Source: Mobula hypostoma
Taxonomy: Eukaryota
DNA length: 64,000 bases
Direction of reading: 5' to 3'
Assembly: GCF_963921235.1 (NCBI RefSeq)
Contig: NC_086118.1
Coordinates: forward strand, 12,154,001-12,218,000
Below the pieces are notes generated by a model. That model was not told where the DNA came from. It saw only the letters and a list, made by a program, of their open reading frames with translations, and made no database searches. Of the stretch, positions 14,171 to 27,728 are shown piece by piece; within the stretch, counting starts at the first letter, position 1; every line of letters starts with the position of its first letter. A program made the position numbers and the translations under genes.

Positions 14171-15016
14171 TGAGATCACTCAATGAAGTAAGGCATCACA
14201 GCAGGGTAATAAAGGGGGATTAGTCTTATATATGAAGGAATAAGGAAGGACGTAGTGCTTCTGAAGGTCACAGAAGCAAGGAAGGATGAACCATAGAGGG
14301 AACTAAGTACACTGTTAAGGATGTTAGATCTGAGGCATCGAGAAGACCTGTACTAAATGTGTGTGTAGGGACAGAGATGAGCTGGTTCTGAAATAATATA
14401 GAGTTTATTTCCGTTTTTACATGCTCTATTCCACTCTGGTCACATTGACCTCTGTCTGTGAATTTATGAAGCATTGTTAACCTGTGCCTCTGACATACCA
14501 CCATTGCCTGGTTTTGGCTGACAGTGTGTATGATGGGCGGGCCATTCAACCCTAAGATTCTGCATCCTCACATTCAATTGACATAAAGCCATCCTGGAAA
14601 TAATTTTCCATCCTTTATTCCATCTCCCTTTGTATCCCAACATAGCAAAGTCTATCAGTCTCAATCTTGAAAACTGAAGTGGCCAAACACAGTGTTGATA
14701 GAGAGAGAAAGAATTCCAAATTTCCAATGTGCAAAGAGAAATTAATTTCAGACTTTGAGCCTACTTTCACTTCTCTGCATTCTCTCACCTGCAGAAACAT
14801 CTTTTCTTTACCTATGTTACTCATTCTCTTTTGTTACTGTCGTTACCTTATGTTACTTACTCTTGCTCAGAATTTAACCCTCTATATCCTAACACTAGTG
14901 TTGCTCCCCTTCAATGTCAATTACATTCCTCATTTTCAGTGTTCAAAGTTGTACAGTAAAATGCCAGTTGAAATCTTTATGATGGAAGCATAATGGCTTC
15001 TTTCTATGTCAATCAC

Positions 15017-15505
15017 AAACAAGAGAAAATTTGCAGATGCTGGAAATCCAAGCAACACACACAAAATGTCAGATGAACTCAGCAGGCCAAGCAGCATCTA
15101 TGCAAAAGAGTATAGTTGACAAACTTGTGGTAATGCTCTCCCCTTCACCATTCCCCATTTCTTTTTCCCTCTCTCACCTTATCTGCTCAACTGCCCATCA
15201 CCTCGCTCTGGTGCTCCTCCCCCCGTTTCTTTCTTCCATGGCCTTCTGTCCTCTCCTATTAGATTCCCCCTTCTCTAGTCCTGTGTCCCTTTCACCAATC
15301 AACTTGCCAGCTCTTTACTTCACCCCGCTCCATCCCGATTTCACCTATCACCTTGTTTCTTCCTCCCCTTCGCTCACCTTCTAACTCTGACTCCTCGTCT
15401 TCATTTCTCCAGTGCTGCTGAAGGGTATCAGCCCGAAGCATCAAGTGTACTCTTTTCCATAGATGCTGAGTTCCTCCAGCATTTTGTGTGTGTTGCTCGG
15501 ATTTG
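15017..15505. mobile_element. PLE pLTR with inverted 5' terminal segment
   Basis: 15030-15120 is the reverse complement of the pLTR tail at about 15440-15500; hammerhead-like ctgctgaagggtatcagcccgaagc at about 15415. Confidence 0.75.
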
Positions 15506-16504
15506 TATTTGCTCTCTTTCTGATGAAGAAGAGCCTCTGTGGACAGTCAAGGTCACACAGTACAGAAACTGGCCCGGCCAATCTCCAGTGATCCCCTTTA
15601 CCAGCACTTATACACTTACATTTCTACATTTAGTGGTTTGTACACAGGGGTACCAAAAAATCTCTTTGTTCCTCCAGTTCCTTATCTTATTGAGATTGCT
15701 TCTGCAGTTCATTCCTAATAAGTTAAACTCATATTATTCAATAGTTTGAATTTAATAATTCAAACAATGGGTGTCAGAACCACACCATAAATGCAGCAAG
15801 GGGTCACATTTTTTCTCATTCTGTAATCAACCTCAAAATAAAGGCCATGTTTTGATTTTCATGTACGTAATGGATTACTAGTAACTGGAGCTAGGTGCTT
15901 TTACAAATGTTAATTTGTAAAGCAATCTGTTTAATACAGGGTTGGGGTATACTTCACAATATTATCTGCTTAATGATTTGGGAAAAGTTTTCTTTATGCT
16001 GCTGGTCCTTTTAAGATGCCAGTCTCTGGTTTTCTTTGTCCACCTGTGCCAAAGGCAGCTTGAATTTGCATAGTGACTTTGTTGAGCTAACCTTTCTTCA
16101 CTAGGCATGGAAGAGGGATGGAAAGAGTTAAAAGCTGGTCGAAGGAGGAAACTGAATGATGGGTAGGGAGCACATAAGAGATGATGCGGGGCTGCTGGGT
16201 ATTTACTACAAGAGCACAATCACACCCTATTACAGATGTTCTTTCTCTTATCCGTTCCTCCGACCATCTTCTCTACAGTTTAAAATTACCTTTCTTTTTC
16301 ATCCCTTTCCTAATTCTGAGAAATGGTCTCAAACCCAACTTGTTAATTCCGTCCCTTTTACAGAGTTCACCTGACCTCTTGAGTATAGCTGCATTTTCTG
16401 TTTTTATTTCAGATTACAGCATCTACAAAATTTATTTTTGATTTTCATTTACTGATAGAATGTTGCTGCATAAATTGTATTTCAGCAGGAAAAGGAGGCC
16501 TAGG

Positions 16505-17500
16505 AGTTGTTTGGAGCATTAAGCCATAGGCTCAATTTGACTCTTTGACGCCTTGCCAATTATCAAGCAACCATTTACACCAATCCTATACCACTCCCAT
16601 TTTATTCTACCCATATTCTCATCAATTTTACTCGGAGTACCACTCATCTACACACTAGAGCTAATCTACAGTGGCCAATTAAATTACCAACAAACATATT
16701 CTTGGGATGTGGGAGGAATCTGGAGCACCATGAGGAAATAGATCCTTCAAAGTTGTCATGCACGTAGGTAGGGTGGTTAAGAAGACGTATGGTGTGTTGG
16801 CTTTCCTTAGTCAGGAGATTGAGTCCAAGAACCACGAGGTAATCTTGCAGCTTTGTCAAACTCTGGTTAGACCACACTTGGAGTATCATGTCTGGTTATG
16901 GCTGAATCATTTTAGGAGGATGAGAATGCTTTAGAGAGGGTGCAGAGGAGATTTACCAGGATGCTGCCTGGATTAGAGAGAATGTCCTATGAGGAAAGGC
17001 TCAGTGAGTTAGGACTTACCCCTTTGGAGCAAAGGAGGATGAGAGGTGATGATAGAGGTGTACAAGATGATAACAGGCATAGATAGAGTGGACAGCCTGC
17101 GTTTTTTTCCCAGGGTGGATATGGCTTATACAAGAGGGCATCATTTTAAGGTGACTGAAGGAAAATCTGGGCAGTATGTCAGAAGTAGGTCCTTTTACAC
17201 AGAATGATGGGAGCATAGAACATTCTACCAGGGGTGGTGATAGAGTAGATACGTTAGGGACATTTAAGAGACTGTTAGATAAGCTATGGATAGAAGAAAA
17301 ATGGAGGGCTTTGTGTGAAGGAAGTGTTAGATTAATCTTGGAGTAGGTCAAAAGGTTGGTACATCATGGCCAAAGGGCCTGTACTATGCTGCATTGTTCT
17401 ATGATCCATGAAATCCACCGAGTTACAGGGAGAAGGTGCAAATTCCACATAGACGGGAATGAACCTGCTTGTCCACTGCTATGAAGCAATAGCACTACTG
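16505..17500 (-). mobile_element. V-SINE split by a CR1 insertion
   Basis: ttgggatgtgggaggaatctggagcacca ends at about 16740; SINE continues at about 17410 (acagggagaaggtgcaaattccacatagac). Confidence 0.6.
16745..17405 (+). mobile_element. CR1 LINE 3' fragment
   Basis: ctctggttagaccacacttggagtat, gagagggtgcagaggagatttaccaggatgctgcctgg; tail gggcctgtactatgctgcattgttctatg. Confidence 0.88.
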
Positions 17501-19604
17501 GTGCTCAGGATCCCTGGCGGTTAAACCTTTTCCTGGGTTGGGTTTAAGTTGAAGTGGATGCACCAGGTCAGAGATAAAAATGGAAGGGTTTGGTGAAAGG
17601 TGATGCAAGGGAGACTCAGATCGAACTAGGGTTGTTAAGGTATTTGAAAATGGGGATTTTAAACGGGGAGAGTGGATGCCCAGGTAGTGCTATGGGTTAG
17701 GGAACATACAGTTACATTTTGCTTAAGGACCTTCATGGAAAGTGAAGGATAAAAAGACAGAAATGTTAATATTCAAGCAAATCTGAAAGTGATAGCTGAG
17801 GTAAGGAAAGCAAAGTTTCTACACTCTCTGGTTCAGCTAGGGAAATGGAGTTGAGCAAGAGAGTGGATTCTTTGATGGGCATCAGCAACGACTTTGCTGG
17901 CCTTTCTGTGGTTCATCTGACATAGCGTACTAAGGGTCCATGCAAAGCAGCATGATAGAGTTTGTGGCAGGGTCATGTTTTCTCTGGATGTTAGTCTCTC
18001 TCACCCATTTGGCTGAGAGTGAGGGCAAGTTATTCACTTCAGGAGGCAGATCAGCTTCATCTGACCAATGGACATCAGAAATTAATAATCAGAATGGAAT
18101 AGCAATTCACCCTGAACCTTCCCTCCTTCATAATCCATTGATGATGAAGTCAGAAGTGAGCCCACTCATTGAAGTAGGGATTAAGGGGGTTTCTGATAGA
18201 AAGGTTCTGAAAGAACACAGAAGATATTTTGATGAGGCAGAATGTCACTGCTTTAAATCAGAGGACTTATTTCCCTGTCCTTCCCTTCTTCCACACCCCA
18301 TGGTCTTGATGTCTATTCCAAGAAGTATGAAAGAACTGACAGCACAGCAGAGAATTGATAGACACTGGCTTCAAGTGTTTTAACAACATTGCTAACTTAT
18401 GTTATGCGGGCAACTCTTGTTCATCTTCCAATTTACCTGTAGTCATGAGTGCCTCAACAGAATGATGTAATGTTCTACAAAAGGCACATTGTTGAACCAT
18501 TCTCAGATGCAGCTTGGATCACTTTTAGTCACACGGACTTCACACCTGTTTGTGTAATGAGAACCACTTTGCAAGGAAATCTTTTACATGGCTTGAGCTG
18601 AGAAGGATGAGGTATTTCTACAAATGCAAAAGGTTTAGAATGGAGGCAGAAACCTCTGCTGTTAATTGCAAGGTTGTAGAATTGTCATACAATTGAGGCA
18701 GAAAATATCTCAATTGCAAAGATGAAATTGACAGATAAAGAGAGTTGTGAAGAAAGTGGCTAACTGGGAATAGATTATTTGCTTACTAAAAGGTATATAC
18801 TGACTTGAAATAATTGGCGAAAGGAATATGGGATAAACTCTATGCTATTATGCATGTTTCTGAGTCACAGGGAGAGAAATTAGTCCTGTAGCTTTCTTTC
18901 TTTTGGAGAAGAATTGGTTTGGAAGGGACCAATTTCACAATTAATTCCACCCCCTCCATGTTGCACCAGCAGTCAAACTGTAAGCTATTGACTTCAAGCT
19001 GTGCAAAGGCCTCACCAGGAGTAGAATCTAGGGCCCCTTAAAAGTAAATAGATTTATTTGGGTCTTAACAACTGCTGTTTCCTATAAATGGAACATGAAA
19101 ATAGAATAGACTTCTTTCTTTATAGTACCTTTTCTCATCCTTAGTTTATCCTCAAACCATTTCCACACTTTGAGAAATAATTGGCCAAGCAGAAGTTCAA
19201 AAGAACCAAGTCCGAAATAATTCACATCATCTTTTACGTCAGTCTGAGGAAACTAGGGTTTCTGGTTAATGTCTCATCTAAAAGACATAACAAGCTATAA
19301 GCAGAACCACATTATTTCAAAAGACCTTCATATTAAGCGTCAGCCTAGGTTTTCGATCTAATTTTTTGGGAGAAAGATTAGAACTCATGAAATCCCAGGG
19401 CAAGATACATTTTCTGTTTGCAATTTCATGACTTTGAGCCTTGCTTCCAAGAAATTAATATAAAGTGCCAAGCACCTTGTGACCCATGTCTCTGGATCAT
19501 TCACGTCGTAACCTATAACCCTCAATAGGGCAAGTGTTCACACTCAGTGAAAAGATAAATATAGTAGCAAATAGACAAGTGAGGCAGCATACCCATAAAT
19601 GGAG

Positions 19605-19990
19605 AACACACATAAAAGTTGCTGGTAAACGCAGCAGGCTAGGCAGCATCTCTAGGAAGAGGTACAGTCAACGTTTCGGGCCAAGACCCTTAATCAGAAC
19701 TAACTGAAAGAAGAGCTAGTAAGAGATTTGAAAGGGGGAGGGGGAGATGGGAAATGATAGGAGAAGACAGGAGGAGGAGGGATGGAGCCAAGAGCTGGAC
19801 AGTTGATTGGCAAAAGGGATATGAAAGGATCGTGGGACAGGAGGCCCAGGGAGAAAGAAAAGGGGGAGGGGGGGAAAACCCAGAGGATGGGCAAGGGGTA
19901 TAGTGAGAGGGACAGAGGGAGAAAAAGGAGAGAGAGAAAAAGAATGTGTGTATATAAATAAATAATGGATGGGGTACGAGGGGGAGGGGA
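19605..19990 (-). mobile_element. PLE pLTR, well-preserved copy
   Basis: Reverse complement reads ctgattaagggtcttggcccgaaacgttgactgtacc...gcctgctgcgtttaccagc; purine-rich body on the plus strand. Confidence 0.8.
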
Positions 19991-21744
19991 AGGGGGAGAT
20001 AGGCTCTCGGGCAGCTTTGTTTCTATAATTGTGCTGATCCAGACACAAAGGTAACTTAATGCCTCTCAGGCAAAAAAGGATAGAAGCAGCTACTGACCAT
20101 GATCCCAGTCCTGGTCAGCCCCAGTTTCCAATCCCCAGCCCCACTCCCAGTGCAGTCAGACAAGAGTTGTTTTAAGATAGAAGCAACAGCAAGGAAGTGA
20201 GAGAAAGAACTCTTTTAGAAAAATACTTTGATTGGAGAATTTGCAATCAGAGGAGAGGTGACTTGTGGGAATGGATCTTCAAAAGGAACATATTAATTAT
20301 ACTCTTAAAGTCAAAGTCAAGTTTATTATCATATGTACAGGTACATGTATGCACATATGCAGTGAAAAACTTACTTGCAGCAGCAACACAGACCATTTAT
20401 TATCTCCAGAATGAAGCAAATTGGAAAAACCCTCTGATCTCCTTTAAATATTGAAACAATGGGAGACCCATCCTCATTTCAAAATGGTGAGCAGGAATCC
20501 CTGTCAGTTGATTGTTTATTTGTATGTTTACAGAAAACTGGAAGGAGCCTGATATTCATTTGCAGGTTTTAGATATCCTGGTGAGGTGTTCAGAAATCCC
20601 TTGTGATGACTGACAAAGCTTTGGACCCAGGACAATGTCTGCACTCAGATAATTTTAGTAAACTTGTACACCAGATTGTGTCCCAGATATTCTAAATAGG
20701 CCTAGTTCAGGCCTATTTGCTAGCTGTGGATAAAGAAGTCAAGAAATAAATGTACATCTCTGGTGTGCTCTTTTGGATGGAAACATACCATTGCTGTTGG
20801 GTTGAAATCAGCTCCAAGGCAAATTTAGTTTGTGTATCTTTAGGACATGGTCCAATGTAATGTTGAAACAGTTCAAGGTCTGAAGGAAAACTGAAAATAT
20901 TCAGCAGATCTGGCAGTGTCTGTGGAGAAAGAATCAGAGTTGGTATTTCAGGTCCAGTTTTGAACTTAAACATTGGTTTTCATGCCCCAATGCTGCTGGG
21001 GGATTGATCGAGGCTTTCTAACAGCCTGTTTTTATTTCATATTTATAACAGATGGACTTTTTTGATTCCTGTTAAGGGTTGAATGGTCTTCTCATTGTTT
21101 TTCACATTATACTAAAGGCCCTTTGAACTCTGAAGGGGATAGAATCATAATCTGACTGAAACAGGGGTGTTACAATGTTGGAACAAGTTCAACACTGAAC
21201 AGAGGAGTCACATTTCCTTTTTTTAAATTGCATAAGTTTAAGTGGTGTAAAATAGTTATAATATGCTAAATACTTTCTGAGTCATCTTTTCTCTATTATT
21301 TGGTTCTGTTATGAAGTGTAGCTGTTAAGAATACCTTTGAAGAATATCTTAAGTAGATGATCTGTGTAAAAGTATTTGAAATAATAATTTCAATTGAAAA
21401 TGAATATCATACAACAGTAACTGAGAACATCCAGAATCATCTAAAAAGCTCAAGACAATATGTCTCCTTTTCAATTTCTGTTCTGGTTTGAGCGGTTCAA
21501 GTGTGCCGTGTGCAAACGGCTCTATTGCATTAAAATTGTAACAGAAAAGCAAGCAGGATTCCTATTCTTGAGTGACTGTTATGCGACCTTGTAGACTTTG
21601 AAAAAGGATAAGATTGAGTTGTTATGTGGCCACAGTTAAGTAGCATATTTTAGTGCAGACATTATCCTGGGTCCTAAGCTGTGCCAGTCGACACAATGGA
21701 TTTCTGAACACCTCACCAGGATATCTAAAACCTACCAACCACAG

Positions 21745-21941
21745 ACAGCCAGCTGGAGGTGTAGTGACATCAGCACCGGATTTCGAGGCAAGTGGTCCTG
21801 AGTTCAAATCTGGCTGGCCCCTTGCACGCTTTCCCTCCATGCTGGGTTGAGCCTCCATCCTTGTAAAAAAACTAACAAATGCTAAGAAAATGGCAAAAAA
21901 ATGCTGCCTGATACTCCATAAGGCACAGAAAAGGTAGAACA
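21745..21941 (+). mobile_element. tRNA-derived SINE with 9-bp TSD
   Basis: A-box-like tggaggtgtagtg, B box gagttcaaatc; flanking direct repeat caaccacag at 21736-21744 and 21942-21950. Confidence 0.75.
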
Positions 21942-23752
21942 CAACCACAGGTATAAATCCTAGCCCCACTATTAGTATCACCAGACACCCAAATCATGGT
22001 TCATGCATATAGATGCAGAGGTGATATGGCATAATATGGAGAGTAGAATTGATTCAGTTTTGTTTCTGCTGTAGGACTCTTGCAGACATTTTCTTCCCAT
22101 TAACTGTGCTGAACAACATGGAATTGGGTCAATTCCTAAATGAAAATCCAGGTCTCAGACTCCGGGGGAGAAGGTTGCCAGCTTACCCTGGATGACAGCT
22201 CTGTCGTATATCAGTAGGGGATAGATGCCACATTTTTTGAAGCATTAATTCCGGGTATATCTCGGATTAGCAATGCATGTGTGTAGAACAGGGTGGGGGT
22301 CAATGGTGAGTGGCAAGAAAGTCTATTAAGCCAAAGTGAACATGTATTCTAAGTAATCATATCTGCGATTTTGAATATTTATTTTGGGAGATGCCTGTGG
22401 TCAATGCAACTGCTTGTGTTTGCACACATATTGTATTAGAACAGACCTGTCTATGCCGTGGGGTTGGGGGGGGGGGGGATTTTGCAAGTGCCCTGCAATT
22501 TAAGCAAGGCTGGTAGATAACAGCTGAAGGGAAAATGGCCCTGTAATTGAGTCACATCTGCTACAGCACAACAAGCAGCTGACGGGGGATCAACCCTAGT
22601 CTGTGTACACACTCCAGCTGCCAGCTTTTAACCAGCTGAGACTTGCATTAGCATAAGCAGCCTGCATTAATCAGGAGTATGTGACAAAGTTAGTGATTTT
22701 GACCTAATTCGCGACACGCTTATTAGGGTGCGTTGACTAAATGATGTTGTAACACGACTGCAGCCAGCAATATTGAGTTGGTGACCTTTGAAACTTGCAA
22801 TGGGCTCTCAGCCTTTATGCACTATGATTAGCAAATAAGATGCTTGTTTTTAAAATCCTGATTATTTGAATGGGTATCTAAGGGGTTGTAGATTTTTAAT
22901 TAAAAAATTTTGGCATCAGAAACTCACAGCTTAAAACGTTTCCAATCAAATAAACTTACACTTCAAAATGGCAAATGTTCTTTATTGCTTAAAAGGGGTA
23001 AAGACTTCAGTAGCTATAGGGCAGGTCTTAATTTTCTTTAGGGTGCGGGTTTGAAAGCAATGATTATAGGATTCTGTCCGACCCCATTTATACTGAGGAA
23101 GATACTCATTTGGGAAAGTCTGGCTGTGGAACGGTACCCTTACTGGTAACGAAATGACTGCATCGAGTTGAGCAGGCAATTGGCTGCACTGCTGATATTA
23201 ACAACAGTTAACAACCAAAGTTTAGGCAGTATGCTGGAAGATTTAAAAGCCATTTTACTGCAGCTGCTGTGGTATTGAAGTGGTGTGCAGCTGAATGCGA
23301 TTTGTATGTCTATTGAGCCTTTCAGGACTTTCCAAAGTGCTTGAAGCTTTAAAAAAAATTCCAGATGGAAATCTGAAATACAAATAAAATATTCTGGAAA
23401 GCTTGAGCAGGTCAGGCAGCATCCATGAAAGAGAAACAATTAGTAATTCAGGTCAAAGATGGTTCATCACAACGCAGAAAGGGGGACAGCAAGTTTATCT
23501 AAGTGGCTACATCATTTCACCTTATTACATTTATTCCTTTCATTCCACCCACTGCCCTCTTCCACCTCTTTTGCCACACAGACCAACTTACTTTCATTAC
23601 CTAAGTATCTGAGCCTATCAGTAACATAATCACCTCGTATCTGGGAATGGACTTGCCCTGAGCACCCTCATCCTCTGCATTATTCACTCAGATAAAATAT
23701 TTATGTCTTTCTCATGTACAAATTGAGGGTTGCTATACTTAATAGTAACCAC

Positions 23753-24224
23753 ACTGCTGATGAGAGCACAGACCCGGTGGGCAGGTCATGTCATCCGCGT
23801 GCCGGACGAGCGCATACCCAAGCAGCTCCTTTTCGGGGAACTCTCTGCTGGAAGACGCTCACATGGAGGGCAGAAGAAATGTTACAAAGACACACTAAAG
23901 GCCTCCCTGAAGTCGTTTGACATAGACACGACCTCTTGGGAAATGCTGGCACAAAACCACCCTACCTGCCGTGGCCTCATCCACAAGGGCTGTCAGGCTT
24001 ACGAAGCAAGGCGCGTTGCTGAAACACAATATAAGCGCGAGCTGCACAAGTCCAGAGCCACCAGCGCAACAACTGCAGTGCCTACACATGTCTGCCCAAC
24101 ACGTGCCAGGACATTTCGTGCCCTAGTTGGCCTGACCAGTCATCTTCGGACACACCGCATCCAGCCTCAAAGTGACTAATGGTGTCAAGGTCTTTATCGA
24201 CAATGATGGACGAACCATTCGTTC
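23753..24224 (+). mobile_element. RTE-clade LINE 3' end with 9-bp TSD
   Basis: ORF 23730-24179: RWAGHVIRVPDERIPKQLLFGEL..GRRSHGGQKKCYKDTLK and terminal zinc-finger-like CPT..F....GLTSHLRTH; TSD agtaaccac at 23744-23752 and 24225-24233. Confidence 0.9.
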
Positions 24225-24849
24225 AGTAACCACCAAGTCATCCAATAGAAGTACCAGCCATTTTTATTGTCTGGATATTAAACCATTGCTAGCCTTGGCT
24301 TTTTAACTCATACTGTGCTTGGCAGGCATTGTCTTCTTCACTTGCCTCATCTTTGAGTCTCAACCACACACTTGCTGCAATTAATTATAAGAGGCTTTAC
24401 GTACTTACCAATGCAGTTATATAGTCAATCAATGTCCTCAATGAATTTGTCACTTTCCTTGGTGGTGGGTCTTTGTTATCCTCATTCCATTGTGCAGTAT
24501 GATTATGTACATTGAGTCTGTAGGTGATGGTACCATATTGTATGCCCACAATAAAATGAATCTCAGGGTTGTACATGGTGACATATATGTACAAAGAAGT
24601 TTCTATGATGTTGATGCTACTATTAGTTGTAAATTATGGCCTCCAGGAAGGGATATTCTGTTTAGATCTCTAGCTTGCCTTATAATCTATGCTTTTGGTG
24701 ACACAGCGGTGTCTACAAATGCTGCAGTAAAGGTACTCAATGTGTTTTTACCTTCAACAAATGTCTGTGGCAGAATGGACTGACATACACATGGGACACG
24801 TGAAACACAAAACAAATGTATTTGCTTTTTCATTGCTATTCACAGACTG

Positions 24850-25842
24850 ACCTAGAACACCGAACAGCACAGGACTCTTGGCCCACAATGTCTGTGTTCA
24901 GCATGATGCCAAGTTAAACTAATCCGTTCTGCCTGCATGTGATCCATATCCCTCTGTTCTCTGCGTATTCATGGACCTGTCTAAATGCCACAATTGTATC
25001 TGCTTCCATTCCACTCCCAGCAGTGCATTCTGGATACATACTGCTCTCTATGTAAAAAAAAGACTTGTCCCACACATTTTCCTTAAAATTACCCATTCTC
25101 ACTTTGATACTATGCCCGCTAGTATTCATCATTTCTAACAAAGGAAAATGATTTTGGCTGTCTCTCCTGTATATACCTCTCATAATTTTATAAACTCCTA
25201 TCAGGTCTCCCTCTAGCTTCTCATGCTCTAGAGAAAATAATCCTAAATTAGTCTGATCGCTGCTTATGGCTATAACCCTCTAATCCAGGTGGTGTCCTGG
25301 CAAACCTCTCCAACATCTCCACACTCTTCAGTAATGGGCTGACCAAAAACTGTACAGAGTACTTCAAGTGTGGCCTCATCAAAGTTTTATACAACTGCAA
25401 CAGAGCTTCTTCATTCATAGCCTATGTCTGTAGTGATGAGTGCAAATGTGAATGCACTGCTTCTTGATGCATTCCCTATGTCCGTAGTGATGAGTGCAAA
25501 TGTGAATGCACTGCTTCTTGATGCATTCCCTATGTCCGTAGTGATGAGTGCAAATGTGAATGCACTGCTTCTTGATGCATTCCCTATGTCCGTAGTGATG
25601 AGTGCAAATGTGAATGCACTGCTTCTTGATGCATTCCCTATGTCCGTAGTGATGAGTGCAAATGTGAATGCACTGCTTCTTGATGCATTCCCTATGTCCG
25701 TAGTGATGAGTGCAAATGTGAATGCACTGCTTCTTGATGCATTCCCTATGTCCGTAGTGATGAGTGCAAATGTGAATGCACTGCTTCTTGATGCATTCCC
25801 TATGTCCGTAGTGTGAACGCAAGCATGCCGTATACCACCTTT
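24850..25842 (-). mobile_element. CR1 LINE 3' fragment containing a minisatellite
   Basis: CR1 3'UTR/ORF2-end motifs at 24850-25415; CR1-like gcaagcatgccgtataccacct resumes after the array. Confidence 0.75.
25421..25813. repeat. 54-bp minisatellite, about 7.2 near-identical copies
   Basis: Unit cctatgtccgtagtgatgagtgcaaatgtgaatgcactgcttcttgatgcattc; 18-aa periodicity in the ORF track. Confidence 0.97.
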
Positions 25843-25849
25843 ATTTTTG

Positions 25850-26140
25850 TTTGTTTAGAGATACAGTACAGAACAGACCCTTCCGGCACTTCGAGCTGTG
25901 CTGCCCAGCAGCCCACAGATTTAACCCTAGCCCAATCAGGGGACAATTTATAGTGACCAATGAGCTTACTAACCGATAGGTCTTTGGACTTTGGGAGGAA
26001 ACCAGAGCATCTGGAGGAAACCCACGTGCACATGGGCAGGAACATACAAACTTGCTTTCAGAGGATGCCAGAACTGAACTTTGAACTCTGATGCCTCAAG
26101 CTGTAATAGCATCGAGCTAACTGCTAAGTTATCGTGGTAC
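25850..26140 (-). mobile_element. V-SINE (HE1-like)
   Basis: gtctttggactttgggaggaaaccagagcatctggaggaaaccc is the reverse complement of the V-domain; homologous to 30695-30952 and 51030-51250. Confidence 0.8.
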
Positions 26141-26252
26141 CTTGACTACTACTTTACTAGTTTAGCTAGTCATGTTTTGAGAGTATTCTACAAAACAACT
26201 CAGAGAGCAGCTAGTCAGATTACGTGATCCTTAAACAGATGAGACCTGTAAG

Positions 26253-26332
26253 CAGGGGTTCCCAACCTGGGGTCCACGGATTCCTCTATTTATTGGAAAG
26301 ATCCATGGCATAAAATAGTTTGGGAACCCCTG
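26253..26332. mobile_element. 80-bp hAT (Charlie-type) MITE
   Basis: TIRs caggggttcccaa / ttgggaacccctg; second copy at 49175-49254. Confidence 0.8.
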
Positions 26333-26621
26333 CCTTAAAATAACTATTATTATTCTTAATCAACAATACATACACCACGCAAATGAATTTGTTGGCCTTT
26401 AGAGAGGTAAGTGTGCTCTTCCTTAATGAGATAGAACAAACACATTTTTGGAGGCCTGAAAGATCAAGTTTTAACTTTGTTCATGATTATTGGTGACGAG
26501 TTTAGTGTGCCTCTGTCTGAGTCTCCTTGGGCATCCCTCTGGCAATCCAGCACTCAAGTCTTCGAGAAACGAACGTTACCTCATGGAGCCACTGAGGTGT
26601 TATATTTGACACTGTACATGT

Positions 26622-26915
26622 TGGCACGTGGCCAAGTGGTTAAGGCATTCATCTAGTGATTTGAAGGTTGCTAGTTCGAGCCTTGGCTGAGGCAGCGTGT
26701 GTGTTCTTGAGCAAGGCACTTAACCACACATTGCTCTGCGACGACACTGTTGCCAAGCTGTATGGGTCCTAATACCCTTCCCTTGGACAACATCAGTGGC
26801 ATGGAGAGGGGAGACTTGCAGCATGGGCTCTGTACAACCTTGCCCAGTCCTGCGCCCTGGAAACCTTGCAAGGCGCAAATCCATATGGTCTCATGAGGCT
26901 AATGGACGCCTATAA
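26622..26915 (+). mobile_element. tRNA-derived SINE (family distinct from the V-SINEs)
   Basis: A box tggccaagtgg, B box gttcgagcc, then cttgagcaaggcacttaacc (CORE/Meta-like) body. Confidence 0.75.
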
Positions 26916-27728
26916 CATTTGGGCCATCTTGAGTTCAGAATATGGGTGTGGCCAGGCCAATAAACTGATCAAGAAGGGTGCTTTGGATTGGAGAACTCTA
27001 CCTATTATCACTTCCCCTGAGCAACCTGTGCCAGCTGTTTTGGGATCAAGTGCTGAAGGCACCAGCACACCCATGAACCAGACACTGACCTGTTCATTTT
27101 CTTTCACAGAGAAGTGGTGTTCTCTCAGTTAGATAAGCAAACGTAGCTGTAAAATGTTCCAGCTGTTTCTTATTCATGAGTAGTGATGCCTTCGCATTCT
27201 GGCTCTGTTGATTAGAATGCTGTCAGAGCATGATATTCTGGCATACAACAGCTCCTGATCAGTATTCAGCCTTACTTCCAGTGCAGCACATTGGACACAA
27301 TAGTGTCCAATTTTTATATGCAAATCACACAAAAATCAGTTTAACCTTGAGTAGATCATAGTAGCAATAGTTTCTTGGTGAAATCATGGCAAAAGTCTGG
27401 TGTAGTTTTGTGTTGTTTCATGTAGCACCATGGTCCTGGAGGATCGTTGTTTTGTTTTTACCGTGTTCTGTACCATGGTTGAAATGACAAAAAAAGCAAC
27501 TTGACTTGACTTGATTTGAAAATTAGGACATACAAATGTTATTTTTCCTCCGATACGTTTAATCAGATATGTGACTGATTACATCACTGAGCTTCCATTG
27601 CTGTCCTCGCGGAGATAAACTGGAGCTATAGGATTCAACCTACAACTATCCTGCTATTATCACAAGCACTCTTAGAAAAGGACAGCACGGAAGCCTGAGA
27701 ACATCAGCCCACAAGGAATGAAGGACCT

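Noticed and set aside
17940..18383. 147-aa ORF
   Set aside because: No recognisable domain or exon context; probably chance or an old repeat
25415..25822. Array as CRISPR, or its ORFs as a metal-binding repeat protein
   Set aside because: Head-to-tail identical units with no spacers, eukaryotic context, embedded in a CR1; the ORFs arise from periodicity
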